From a virus (lineage: Duplodnaviria; Caudoviricetes), in the IMG/VR virus record IMGVR_UViG_3300020570_000020, positions 1 to 35,545 of that record: a stretch of DNA of 35,545 nucleotides, one strand, 5' to 3'. Positions 25,649 to 35,053 of this stretch are shown here, piece after piece. The notes beneath the pieces were generated by a model. The model made no database searches, was not told the origin of the DNA, and worked only from the letters and a program-made list of their open reading frames with translations. Every line of letters begins with the position of its first letter. Positions within the stretch are counted from its first letter, which is position 1. The translations under genes were made by a program, and so were the position numbers.

Positions 25649-27598
25649 TTAGCCGAATACGGACTTAAGATATTGCTTTGTCTCCTTCGGCAAATGCTCC
25701 TTCCAGTTAGCAGCCTTATCCTTATTTTTAAGGAGATTCGTAAGTCTTGTCGGCCCCCAGTTGTACGCCGCAGCAGCCTTCTGATAGTCGCCGTTATACA
25801 TGTCAAGCAGTTCCCTAAAGTACCTAGCCCCCTCACCTAGGGCGTAATCCGGGTCTTTCTTTACACGCTCGAAATCAACGTCACTGTGCCACTTCGGAAC
25901 CATCTGAACGATTCCAACGGCGCCAGCGCTTGACACGGTCTTCCCGCTTACAACGTCATCTCTGAAGTTGCTTTCTGTTTTTGCAATCTTAGCAAGCACT
26001 ACAGGATCGATGTTCTCTTTCTTTGCGGCATTCGTAATGCTTGTGGCGTACTTCGGCGGAGCAATCTTCGCTACATTCGGATCTACTACTGGCTGATCAG
26101 TTTTTTTTTCAGCCTGACTAGATCCTGAGACTCCATACCCGGGGAGGTTAACTATGCTTCCAGATGGCGTGAATGCGGCAGAGCCTAATGGCCCAAGCCT
26201 TTCCCCAGCGAGCCTGTTAGTTGTGCCGGAAGGCGTCTCGCCACGAACCATCTTGTTGATCGCCTCGCCGATCACTCCTTCGCTGAGTTCCTTTGTCTTT
26301 GACTTTTCCATGACGCCCCTGATTTCTCTCTGGAGCTGTCTGTACTCGTCAAACGTGACAGGGCGATTCAGTTCTGTTGAAAGTCTTTTTATCATCGACG
26401 GGATTACAGTTCCGGACTCATCTCCAAACATAGACTGCATAGCGAACTCGTCATTTCTCATGCGAATCGCTTCGTCGTTGTTCTTGATCTGAAGGCCAAA
26501 CTGTGAGTACGTTGATTTCGTCTCTTCAAGATCTGGGATTCTTGCGATTTGAGACGGGTCATTCCCGGACTTGAGTCTCTGCATGGTAGAGGAGATGTGC
26601 TGCTCGACGTCCATTCCGCCGAAGTATCTCTTGGTGACGTCTTCCGCAGCCTCGTATGGAGTCTTATTTCCATAAATCCTTGTAAAGGCTTCTTCGTTAG
26701 ACTCCTTTAACGACTCAAGCCGCTTTAGATTTGCATCCTGAATACGCGAATAGTTGGCCCTTGCGAGGTCGGTAATGCGAACCTCCTGCTCAGGGGTGAT
26801 CCCTACGCCGTAGGCTTTCGCGATGTTTCTAAATGCTGGGGTGTTGTTGAAAAGGTCGTAAGCGGCTCGTTTCCCAACCGTGATGTAATCAACGGCTTGA
26901 CGAACGCCAATCGTCTTTTCCTCTCCGCCGATCTTTCTTCCAGCCGTCATCTTTTCTGTAAAGATAATTCTCTGTCCCTTCTCATCAACACCCTCAACGA
27001 GGATGTTGAGCGAAAGAACATCTGGCCTGCCTTCAACAGGGCTAACACTTTCGATGCCCTTGTTGAGAACGGTAATGTTTTTATACTGAATCTTGGCCGG
27101 ATCTTTTTCAGCCGGGTTCATGTTGACGCGAGTTTTCTCGCCAACATTCCGACGAAGTTCTGGGGCAAGAAGAATATTTATTGTCTGGGTATCAAGTTGA
27201 TCTATAGACAACTCGCCCCGGCTCAGGCGTTCATACATCTCTCGATACTTGGGATCAAGACTCGCTTGAAGTTCCGGGCCTAGTTTCCTGTGGGCTAAGA
27301 TGAACTCGGCGTTTCCTGTCTGCAAAGCCTTTACGGTATCTTCTCTGTCAATCTGGCGAGAAAACTCCAAGTCTGCACGCTCTGCTGCAGCCACAGCCCT
27401 TTCTTCGGCAGATTTCGCACGCTCTTCAGCAGCAGCCATGCGAGTTTCTTGTTCCGCAGACCTTCGCTTCTGCTCTTCAAACTGCTCGCGCTGAAAAGCC
27501 ATCTGCTTTTCTTGCGCCTCGGCCTGACGCTTCTCTCGAAAGACGTCGCTGACGAGGCCGAACCCGGACGTAAAGCCCTGTGCAAATCCCTGAGCCAT
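25649..27598 (-). CDS. Internal virion protein with C-terminal lytic transglycosylase (SLT) domain
   Basis: TESNF...S-x-AGAVGIVQMVP...AAYNWGP. N-terminal GF-x2-GF and coiled coil. Confidence 0.85.
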   Translation of the reverse strand: MAQGFAQGFTSGFGLVSDVFREKRQAEAQEKQMAFQREQFEEQKRRSAEQETRMAAAEERAKSAEERAVAAAERADLEFSRQIDREDTVKALQTGNAEFILAHRKLGPELQASLDPKYREMYERLSRGELSIDQLDTQTINILLAPELRRNVGEKTRVNMNPAEKDPAKIQYKNITVLNKGIESVSPVEGRPDVLSLNILVEGVDEKGQRIIFTEKMTAGRKIGGEEKTIGVRQAVDYITVGKRAAYDLFNNTPAFRNIAKAYGVGITPEQEVRITDLARANYSRIQDANLKRLESLKESNEEAFTRIYGNKTPYEAAEDVTKRYFGGMDVEQHISSTMQRLKSGNDPSQIARIPDLEETKSTYSQFGLQIKNNDEAIRMRNDEFAMQSMFGDESGTVIPSMIKRLSTELNRPVTFDEYRQLQREIRGVMEKSKTKELSEGVIGEAINKMVRGETPSGTTNRLAGERLGPLGSAAFTPSGSIVNLPGYGVSGSSQAEKKTDQPVVDPNVAKIAPPKYATSITNAAKKENIDPVVLAKIAKTESNFRDDVVSGKTVSSAGAVGIVQMVPKWHSDVDFERVKKDPDYALGEGARYFRELLDMYNGDYQKAAAAYNWGPTRLTNLLKNKDKAANWKEHLPKETKQYLKSVFG

Positions 27599-27606
27599 AT
27601 TAGACC

Positions 27607-28104
27607 TCAGTCAAAAAGTTCTGAAAGAAGATACGCAACGGCCATGCCGCCGAGAACCCAAGGCGCTGCTGCGAGTGCCGCGCTTCCGCCGCCGGACGCG
27701 CCGGCTGCTGCGGTAGATGCCGCTGCGGCTTCAGCGCCTGTTGCTGCGGCTGTAGTTCCTGCCGCTGCTGCGCCGGTCTCCAATGCTGCTGCGGCAGTTC
27801 CGCCGCCAGACCCAACACCATACGTTGACGCAAGTTCTAGGCCGGTAGTTGTGGGGGCCGCTGTTAAGGCCGTGGTTCCAGCCGTGGTTGCGCCTTTAGC
27901 TGCTGCTGCCTTGGTGGCTTCGATGCCAAGCTTCGCGCCAATGCCAGCACCAGTGCCGAGCATTCCCATCTTCTCTGCTTTTTCAGCAGCCCTGATCTGC
28001 GCATTGGCAGCGTTCATGCTTTGCTCTTGAGCGGCGAGGCCGAGCAGCGTCTGCTGCGCCTGACGCCCCCGCTCAATGTTCATCCCAATAAGACCGCCAG
28101 CCAT
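27607..28104 (-). CDS. G/A-rich putative DNA pilot / ejection protein
   Basis: Low-complexity A/G/T sequence with hydrophobic C-terminus, and its gene position. Confidence 0.6.
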   Translation of the reverse strand: MAGGLIGMNIERGRQAQQTLLGLAAQEQSMNAANAQIRAAEKAEKMGMLGTGAGIGAKLGIEATKAAAAKGATTAGTTALTAAPTTTGLELASTYGVGSGGGTAAAALETGAAAAGTTAAATGAEAAAASTAAAGASGGGSAALAAAPWVLGGMAVAYLLSELFD

Positions 28105-28676
28105 TAGTCACCTCCGCGAAGAGCGTCAAGTCCGCCGCCAAGCAATGCCATGCGACGATCTTCCGCTGTCAGGCGAGTCCTGTTGAGACCGCCAACCATT
28201 GCTGATGTTTCTGCCAAACCCAAGTCCGGCGTAGTCGGCGTTAAGCCGTATCGACCGGCCTGCCTAGCGGCGGCTCCAGCCTCCGCACCGAACGCACCAG
28301 AGACCATCTCCTTAGTTCGGCCAAGATCTTCCTCGACAATCTTGTCGTAGTCCTGAAGGATCTCGTTAAATAATTTCAGTTCGCGAGGACGATAAACATC
28401 CTCGTAGTAACGACGCTGCGCACGAAGAAGATCTCGGGCGAGATACTCAGCCGTGTTCTTGCCGTAATCGGCTTGAGGGTTAAGCGTGTAAGAACTGTAG
28501 TTCGGCTGAAGTTGCTGCGGGACATTCATCCCGTAGCCAGATAGAACCTGAGCATAACCGGGATATGGGCCGGTTGGCATCTGCTGCTGTTGCGGCGCGG
28601 AAACAAAAGACCCGCCGTTTCGAATGTAACGGTCAAGGTCTGGATTTAAGCCCTGCAATGCGCTGAGATAATCCAT
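28104..28676 (-). CDS. Putative internal virion protein
   Basis: TAATG coupling, located among ejection-type genes. Confidence 0.6.
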   Translation of the reverse strand: MDYLSALQGLNPDLDRYIRNGGSFVSAPQQQQMPTGPYPGYAQVLSGYGMNVPQQLQPNYSSYTLNPQADYGKNTAEYLARDLLRAQRRYYEDVYRPRELKLFNEILQDYDKIVEEDLGRTKEMVSGAFGAEAGAAARQAGRYGLTPTTPDLGLAETSAMVGGLNRTRLTAEDRRMALLGGGLDALRGGD

Positions 28677-29281
28677 TAGCCTTTACCTCCACCCATGCCA
28701 AAGCCCTCGGTTGATCCGCTTTTGGGGTAGGTATAGTTGGTGTAAAAACCAGCACCAACTCCGCTTACAGTTCCAGCAAGGTTTCGCATGGCTGCCGAGG
28801 ATTCGTAAGCAGAACGAGCCTCGCTTGCCGCCCGACGGCCTGAAACCTCGGCCAACTGACCAAGACCCTGAAGCCCCTGACCAGCCTGACCACGACCAAT
28901 CCCGGTCACCGTCTGCTGGCCAGCAAAGTAGCGAGTAGTCTGCGCGTCTTGAGATTCAGCGAGGCCGAGAGCCTTAGATCGCGCCAACCCCTTGGTCAGA
29001 GCGGGAGAGCCAAACCCTCCGCTCCCCGGCGCAACGCCACGACTAATAGCCTCTTCTTGCGCCTTTGCTCTGGCGGCCTCAAGTTCAGGCTGCATAGCCG
29101 CTCCGGCCAGACCGGCTGCCCTCTGGTACTCAGCAGGGGTGCGCATACGGTCAACCTGCTCCATGAAGAACTTCTCAGCCGGTGCGCCAAACTGCATCCG
29201 GTCGTTCCACTCTTCGATGGCGATACGCTTCGCCTCAATCGCGTCAGCTGTATCGACTTTACCTTTGCCGCCTTTGCTCAT
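28676..29281 (-). CDS. Putative internal virion protein
   Basis: MSKGG start, A/G/Q-rich, SRG motif, gene position. Confidence 0.6.
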   Translation of the reverse strand: MSKGGKGKVDTADAIEAKRIAIEEWNDRMQFGAPAEKFFMEQVDRMRTPAEYQRAAGLAGAAMQPELEAARAKAQEEAISRGVAPGSGGFGSPALTKGLARSKALGLAESQDAQTTRYFAGQQTVTGIGRGQAGQGLQGLGQLAEVSGRRAASEARSAYESSAAMRNLAGTVSGVGAGFYTNYTYPKSGSTEGFGMGGGKG

Positions 29282-29282
29282 G

Positions 29283-29678
29283 TCAAAGCACCTTTGTGTA
29301 AATCGTTGCGTACGGGGAATAGCCGTATCGCTTGCTTAACTTCTCCATCCCTTTCCGGGATGACCAGAACTCAACAGCAGAGCATCCACGCTTTGCCGCA
29401 AGATCTTCGAAGTCCGAAATGTGCCTTCTAAAGGCATCACCAGTCTTGTCGTATCCAACCCACAGAAGCAGGGTCTTCTGGTTCTTGAAGGGCATGGGTC
29501 TCTCCTGAACGATTACGAACCCACCAGTGTCTCCAAGAAGATACACATCAGCGTGACCGTACAAGCAGCAGGCATAAAGGTCTTCAGGTCTCCAGTCAGG
29601 CACTGAGACATCCCATATCTCTTGGATGCCGTGCCTAACGTAATCCCAAACGTCCCTAATATCTGCCTTGTGAATCAC
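29283..29678 (-). CDS. GNAT-like protein of the virion module
   Basis: LLLWVGY...EDLAAKRGCSAVEF-x-S-x-RKG-x-EK...GY pattern. Confidence 0.6.
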   Translation of the reverse strand: MIHKADIRDVWDYVRHGIQEIWDVSVPDWRPEDLYACCLYGHADVYLLGDTGGFVIVQERPMPFKNQKTLLLWVGYDKTGDAFRRHISDFEDLAAKRGCSAVEFWSSRKGMEKLSKRYGYSPYATIYTKVL

Positions 29679-29725
29679 GGTTTTCCCTCTGTGTCAATCG
29701 TAAGCCTTTGTACACCGTAAGTCCA

Positions 29726-30049
29726 TTACGGCTTGGGCCACTTTTCCTTAACTGCCAGCACCCTCTGACGCATGGCTTCCATCTCTTCGCCACCCTTCCA
29801 GATGGCGTCTAACTGGTCGGAAATGCGGGGGTAGTTCCTAACGCGGCTTTGCCACCAGACCATATCCCGCAAGCCCTCTACCCGCTCGAAAACAACATCA
29901 TCAACCCGTTCGTAACGAACGGTCTGGGTCACCGGGTTTCTGTCTTTCAGGCTTGGGGTCGAGATGACCGGAAGCCACTCCCCGCCATCATCCCCGGGGA
30001 TGCTTTGAACGGATGACTCTGGGCCATTCGGCCCCCACTTAATGAACAT
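29726..30049 (-). CDS. Putative tail fibre assembly chaperone
   Basis: C-terminal R-x3-YP-x-I-x-DQLD-x-IW...AVK-x-K-x-PK. ATG overlaps the TAA of the tail fibre gene. Confidence 0.6.
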   Translation of the reverse strand: MFIKWGPNGPESSVQSIPGDDGGEWLPVISTPSLKDRNPVTQTVRYERVDDVVFERVEGLRDMVWWQSRVRNYPRISDQLDAIWKGGEEMEAMRQRVLAVKEKWPKP

Positions 30050-33000
30050 TAGCGAAGCCCCATTGCTATCGTATCTATACGGGATATATACAAAGCCCCC
30101 GCCCACTGCGCACGAACCTTGATCTCAAACTTCCAAGACAACGTGGTCTGGGGAAGGCTGCAAAACACCGCGACGCTAGTCATGTCGTAGGCATCCCAGT
30201 AACTATCCAGCAGCATCTGAGGGGTTCCCTCCTGACCATTTGGAATAGTAGGTCTGGTTCGCGTGTACGAAGAACCAAGGGGCTGGTAGTAAGCCTCGAC
30301 GCTAACGACAGTCTGACTTCCATTGTAAGTCACGCCAACAACTGTTCCGCTGTCGTTGGCGTTTGATGTCATGACATCGCCTATTGCGATATCAACATAT
30401 CCGGTAAACGTCAAAATCCATCCCAGCTGTTCTTGGAAGCCCTCTAAGTTTTGAGTCCAATAACTCTGGGCTGATGGGGCAATTGGGCCAAGGGCTGGAG
30501 TCACAACCCCGTCTCCGATGGGAGTCGCCCATATCTGGACATACCCGCCGACCTGATACGGATTTGAATCAATAATGCCAACTTGCACAAAAGGCTTGTG
30601 ACCTTGAGAGTGCGTTGACTTTGGCAGGATCATCGTAACGTAAGTTTGGAACGTAGCGGGTATCGCACCTGACGGGGCGGAATATCCGCTGACAAACTTC
30701 GCAACGTCTCCGGTCAGCTTCTCTACGTTTAGAGACCCAATCTTCGCGCCATCGATGTTGGCATTAGTGGCGATTAGGTCGTTTGTGATTGCGCCGCCAG
30801 AAATCTGAAGCATGTTACGCCCAGTACCCGGGTTGAATACCGAGGTAAGGACGTTCGTATTGATCGAGATTCTCGCGGCGTCAATTGTTCCAGCATTGAT
30901 CTTGTCTGCGCTGAGGCTGATGATCTTTGCGTTATCGATCGTCGCGTCAGCAATTTTCGCCGACGTTATCGTTCCGTTCCTGATGTATGCATCGTTGATG
31001 TAGACACCGGCAGGAACTGCTACGCCGTTTATCGTTGTGGCTGTTGCCTGAACGATAAATGGAGTGACAGTAGTTTGCCCGGGCGAGCCGATGCTAAATC
31101 GATCCGCCCTGATTCTGAACTCTGATGTCGGAGTGCCGTTGACGGCGGCAGTCGATGCAAGACCGAATCCGCTGACGTACCCGTTGTTGTCGATCTTTAC
31201 GGTGTATTGGCCGCTAAGTCCGGTTACGTTGTTGGCCGTTGCGGTCGCGTTCTGCTCAACTGTTACTCCGCTTCCGCCGAAATTATTCAGCCTTGCGTTT
31301 ATAGTTGAGTAGTCTTGCGCGGATGCCGCTGCATATCCCGCTGCATTGCTTTCAGATGTGGCCGCCTGATTCCTATATGTCAGGGCGTTGGCCGCACTAC
31401 TTGCCGCGCTGGTGGCCGAGTTAGAGGCGGCAGTAGCAGAGTTAGATGCTGCCGTGGCAGAAGCCGATGCCGCATCCTTGGCGGTGGTTGCCGCAGTTGC
31501 CTGAGACTGAGCAGTGTTCTTAAATCCCTCTGCCGCATCTTTTGCCGCAGTGGCGGTTGTCGCTGAAGTTGAGGCCGAGTTAGCGAATGCCTGAGCATCG
31601 TTAGCCTTAGTTGTCGCAGTGGACGCGCTTCCAGCCGCAGCGTCAGCAGATGTCTGGGCAGCGTCTCTAGCACTCTGCGCAGCAACTCTTGCAGTATTAG
31701 CAGCAGTCGCAGAGTTTGATGACTCAGTTGCCTTTGTCGATGCGGTCGAGGCACTTCCTGCGGCTGCGTCTGCGGAGTTTCCAGCGGCTATTGCGCTGTT
31801 AGCGGCAGCGGTCTGGCTGATGGCTGCGGCAGCCTGAGCGGATTGCGCGTCATTCTTCGCAGACACCGCATCTGTCTTTGCGACCTCCGCAGCATTCTTC
31901 GCGGCAACGGCTGCATCCTTCGCGGTATTCGCATTGGTGTTCGCGGTCTCAGCCGCTAACTTAGAAGTGTTTGCAGCGGATGCAGAGGAGGATGCGTTTG
32001 TCGCACTTGTCGCGGCAGATGTCGCACTTGTTGCTGCGGAAGTTGCCGATGCCGCAGCATTATCTCTCGCTGCCTGAGAATCAAGTTTCGCCTGAGTAGA
32101 TGCTGCCGATGCCGCGCCAGCGGCGTCTGAGTACCCTAGAGCGGTGGTCGCGGAAGTTGCTGCTGCGGTAGCCGAGGTCTGCGCATCAGTCTTAGCGGCC
32201 TCAGCAGCGATCTTCGCATTGGTCGCGGCGGTAGATGCTGACGCTGCGTTAGTCGCGGCAGTTGATGCCGTCGTTGAACTTGTAGCCGCAGCAGTAGCCG
32301 CCGTCTGCGCATCAGCCTTTGCAGACTCCGCAGCTACCTTTGCCGTATTAGATGCGGTCGCCGCTGTCTGCGAATTTGTCGCATAAGTTGCGGCGTTTGT
32401 CGCGGATGTGGCGGCAGCGTTAGATGCGGTCTGCGCCTGAGTGTTTGCACTCTCTGCGGCAACCTTTGATGCATTTGCGGCAGTGGCGGCAGTAGATGCC
32501 GTTGCCGCATTAGTGGCAGAAGTTGATGCATGAGTTGAAGCGGTCGTTGCAGAAGATGCCGCGTTATTTGCAGATGTGTTCGCGGCAGTTTGCGCCGCAA
32601 CAGCAGAATCTTTTGCAACAATCGAGCCGTCTTTCGCGGCAATGGCGTCAACCTTCGCCTGAATCGCCGCATCTTTTGCGCCGATTGCATCGACCTTCGC
32701 CGCCGTCGCGGCAGCAGCAGCAGCCTGAGCGGCAGCAAGGTTATCAGCAGAAGACTGCGAGTTACCAAATGTGGTGTAAAGATCGGTGATCTGCGTTTGA
32801 ATAGATGTATTAGTACTCTCGATGTTTGTCAGTCGAGAGCCAAGGGCGGCATCAAGCATTGAGCTTGAGATCTCGCCCGTAAGAAGATCTATTAGCAAAC
32901 CCGGGTCTGTGGAAAGCGTTGCCGGTGTGCCATTCGTAGAGTTATACGCAGACACTTCACCGGATACGCTGACGTTTCTTACCCAGTAATAGTAAGTGGT

Positions 33001-33417
33001 TCCAGTCTGTGTGACGTAATCAGTGTAAACCTTTGCGGCAGTCGTGCCGACAATAAGTGCATTGCCAAGATTGTTTGTTGACGCTCTCCATATCTCTGTA
33101 TGGGAGTGGCCGGTGTATGCCTCGTACTGCCAGTTAAGCAGGATCGCAGCAAATCCTCCAGATGCCTGAAGATTTACAGGGACGGGTGGCGCAGGCAGAC
33201 CGCCCGGGGGCTGCGGCTTCGGTTTAAGCGTTCCAGTGCCGCCACTTAAAATTCCAGTACCAGAAAGCGTCGCAAATCCCTCATCGACAAGATCGCGATA
33301 GGTGACCGCTCGGTCAAGCGGATCACCTCGCTGCCCCGTCAACGTCTCGACTAACTCCCTCTGCCTTTCGATGGAGTCAATCGGGCGGAAAACGCCGCTT
33401 GGTACGCCTATCTTCAT
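30049..33417 (-). CDS. Tail fibre / host-specificity protein (FN3-like, long Ala/Thr/Ser coiled coil, DUF1983-like)
   Basis: ILLNW...TEIWRA...YYYWVR-x-V, about 480 aa of AA-x-SA repeats, YTVKID-x-NGYVSGFGL...ADRF and I-x2-AKI repeats. Confidence 0.8.
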   Translation of the reverse strand: MKIGVPSGVFRPIDSIERQRELVETLTGQRGDPLDRAVTYRDLVDEGFATLSGTGILSGGTGTLKPKPQPPGGLPAPPVPVNLQASGGFAAILLNWQYEAYTGHSHTEIWRASTNNLGNALIVGTTAAKVYTDYVTQTGTTYYYWVRNVSVSGEVSAYNSTNGTPATLSTDPGLLIDLLTGEISSSMLDAALGSRLTNIESTNTSIQTQITDLYTTFGNSQSSADNLAAAQAAAAAATAAKVDAIGAKDAAIQAKVDAIAAKDGSIVAKDSAVAAQTAANTSANNAASSATTASTHASTSATNAATASTAATAANASKVAAESANTQAQTASNAAATSATNAATYATNSQTAATASNTAKVAAESAKADAQTAATAAATSSTTASTAATNAASASTAATNAKIAAEAAKTDAQTSATAAATSATTALGYSDAAGAASAASTQAKLDSQAARDNAAASATSAATSATSAATSATNASSSASAANTSKLAAETANTNANTAKDAAVAAKNAAEVAKTDAVSAKNDAQSAQAAAAISQTAAANSAIAAGNSADAAAGSASTASTKATESSNSATAANTARVAAQSARDAAQTSADAAAGSASTATTKANDAQAFANSASTSATTATAAKDAAEGFKNTAQSQATAATTAKDAASASATAASNSATAASNSATSAASSAANALTYRNQAATSESNAAGYAAASAQDYSTINARLNNFGGSGVTVEQNATATANNVTGLSGQYTVKIDNNGYVSGFGLASTAAVNGTPTSEFRIRADRFSIGSPGQTTVTPFIVQATATTINGVAVPAGVYINDAYIRNGTITSAKIADATIDNAKIISLSADKINAGTIDAARISINTNVLTSVFNPGTGRNMLQISGGAITNDLIATNANIDGAKIGSLNVEKLTGDVAKFVSGYSAPSGAIPATFQTYVTMILPKSTHSQGHKPFVQVGIIDSNPYQVGGYVQIWATPIGDGVVTPALGPIAPSAQSYWTQNLEGFQEQLGWILTFTGYVDIAIGDVMTSNANDSGTVVGVTYNGSQTVVSVEAYYQPLGSSYTRTRPTIPNGQEGTPQMLLDSYWDAYDMTSVAVFCSLPQTTLSWKFEIKVRAQWAGALYISRIDTIAMGLR

Positions 33418-35018
33418 AGTTCTTGTCTGTTGTCCGCCACTCCAACATAGTTGATCGTCGAGGTTCCAGAGACCTCAACCTCAAACTGGTTGGCCGTGTA
33501 GCCAGATGGAAGCGTAAACGAGAGAGAGTTAGCGACCGTTTGCGTATGTTTCAACGCGCCGTCAGCATACAACTTAAACGTAAGAGGATAAGAGCCTGCG
33601 TCAACTCTAGCCGCTTGAGGGCAGAATGCGCGAGGAGAATAGAACTGCTTCGACTTCCAAGTGTACGTCAGTGGCGTACCTGAGTCGAACTTATACAACT
33701 GACCTGATATCCACAGATACAGAGTGTCTTCTTCACGGGCGTAGAAGCCAGCGGTCGCCGTGAAGTCGAGATCGATCCACGCATTCTTCTCGCCCCTTGG
33801 ATCGAAGACGAAGCCGGAAGTTCCGTTAAAGGCAACGTACTTTCCGTTGTGCTGATAGGCGTGAATCGTTGACGGGTTATAAGCCGCCCACTGATCTCTT
33901 GAGAGGATCTCTTGGGTCACGACACGAATGCCGTCCGCACCTGCGGCCACAAGCCCAGATGGCGAGGCGTAGATAGCGTACTCGCCCATATCGACCATTG
34001 AACGCTTCGACACGCACGGGAAGTTCGCATCCAGTTCCTGAACAGACATTCCAGCAGGGCTGTTGCCCTGAATAAGGACTGGCTTCCCGGATGTCGCCAC
34101 GAAAAGACCGGGGGCGATGGAGGCCATTGCTACGACCGGGCTTGCCACTGATACCTGATACTCAGTCGGCCATGCGTGTGGCAGGTAAGCCTCAGAGAAG
34201 CAGACCGTGTTGCCCGTATATCCAGCGAGAATGCCGTTTGGCAATTGAGTCAGGCCAAGCAACTGGCCGTCCGGATGTTGTCCGGACACTTCGTCAGGCG
34301 GCGCTTCCCAAGTCTGAGACGGAATCACCTCACCAAGAGATGAGTCTGGAACGCTGTCCTCATAGTTAGAGGAGGGCGTATTGATATCCGTCACAAAGCG
34401 GAACGAGCCAGCAGAGTCGGTTCTGTAGAGGCGGAACTTCCTGCCGGTCGTGTAGTAGTCACCGGTGGGGAATGCGGGAATCGCGACAGTTCGCGTTTGA
34501 CCCGGCTTCCAACTCACGATGTCAGATGTGGTTACTTCTGACGGCGGGGACTCCTCGCCGAATGCAGTAACAAGAGTCAGAACATATGCGATGTCCTGCG
34601 CCGTAGAGCCAGCCGTCTCAGTTCCAGAGATCGTAGCGACAGGCTTTGCTGGCTTCGGCAGCCCAAGTCGATAAAGCGTACCCGGATACGGGGGGCCAGC
34701 GGTTGCGCCAACATTGTTTGTCATGCGCGGGTAAGTTGACCCAGTGATGTACACGCGACCGTGAATGTCCTCCGGTATCGGGCTTTTAACAATGTCAACG
34801 ATCGCGTTGAACTGGAACCAGATGTTGCTGGCGTACTTGAAGATGGTCTGCACCGGGCCGGAGATCATCGTTCCGGTTGCAAGGTTGCCCTTGAGCGGCT
34901 GAATCTGGCCTGACTCAAGATTCAAATTGCTTGCTACCTGAGCGGAGTCCTCAGGAATGAGACGGGGCGAGATCTTCGTGATCTTGCCGCTAAAGAATTG
35001 GATTTTGAATACAGCCAT
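33414..35018 (-). CDS. Putative tail tubular / stabilisation (nozzle) protein
   Basis: F-x-G...P-x-L...A-x3-N-x4-G N-terminus, FSE-x3-PHAWP beta-propeller-like blades, W-x-SK-x-F C-terminal domain. Confidence 0.65.
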   Translation of the reverse strand: MAVFKIQFFSGKITKISPRLIPEDSAQVASNLNLESGQIQPLKGNLATGTMISGPVQTIFKYASNIWFQFNAIVDIVKSPIPEDIHGRVYITGSTYPRMTNNVGATAGPPYPGTLYRLGLPKPAKPVATISGTETAGSTAQDIAYVLTLVTAFGEESPPSEVTTSDIVSWKPGQTRTVAIPAFPTGDYYTTGRKFRLYRTDSAGSFRFVTDINTPSSNYEDSVPDSSLGEVIPSQTWEAPPDEVSGQHPDGQLLGLTQLPNGILAGYTGNTVCFSEAYLPHAWPTEYQVSVASPVVAMASIAPGLFVATSGKPVLIQGNSPAGMSVQELDANFPCVSKRSMVDMGEYAIYASPSGLVAAGADGIRVVTQEILSRDQWAAYNPSTIHAYQHNGKYVAFNGTSGFVFDPRGEKNAWIDLDFTATAGFYAREEDTLYLWISGQLYKFDSGTPLTYTWKSKQFYSPRAFCPQAARVDAGSYPLTFKLYADGALKHTQTVANSLSFTLPSGYTANQFEVEVSGTSTINYVGVADNRQEL

Positions 35019-35037
35019 GTTTCACCCAATCTCACTC

Positions 35038-35053
35038 ACCCGCCTGAGCGGGT
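35038..35053 (-). terminator. Short hairpin after the lysozyme stop
   Basis: ACCCGC-CTGA-GCGGGT, no U-tract. Confidence 0.3.
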
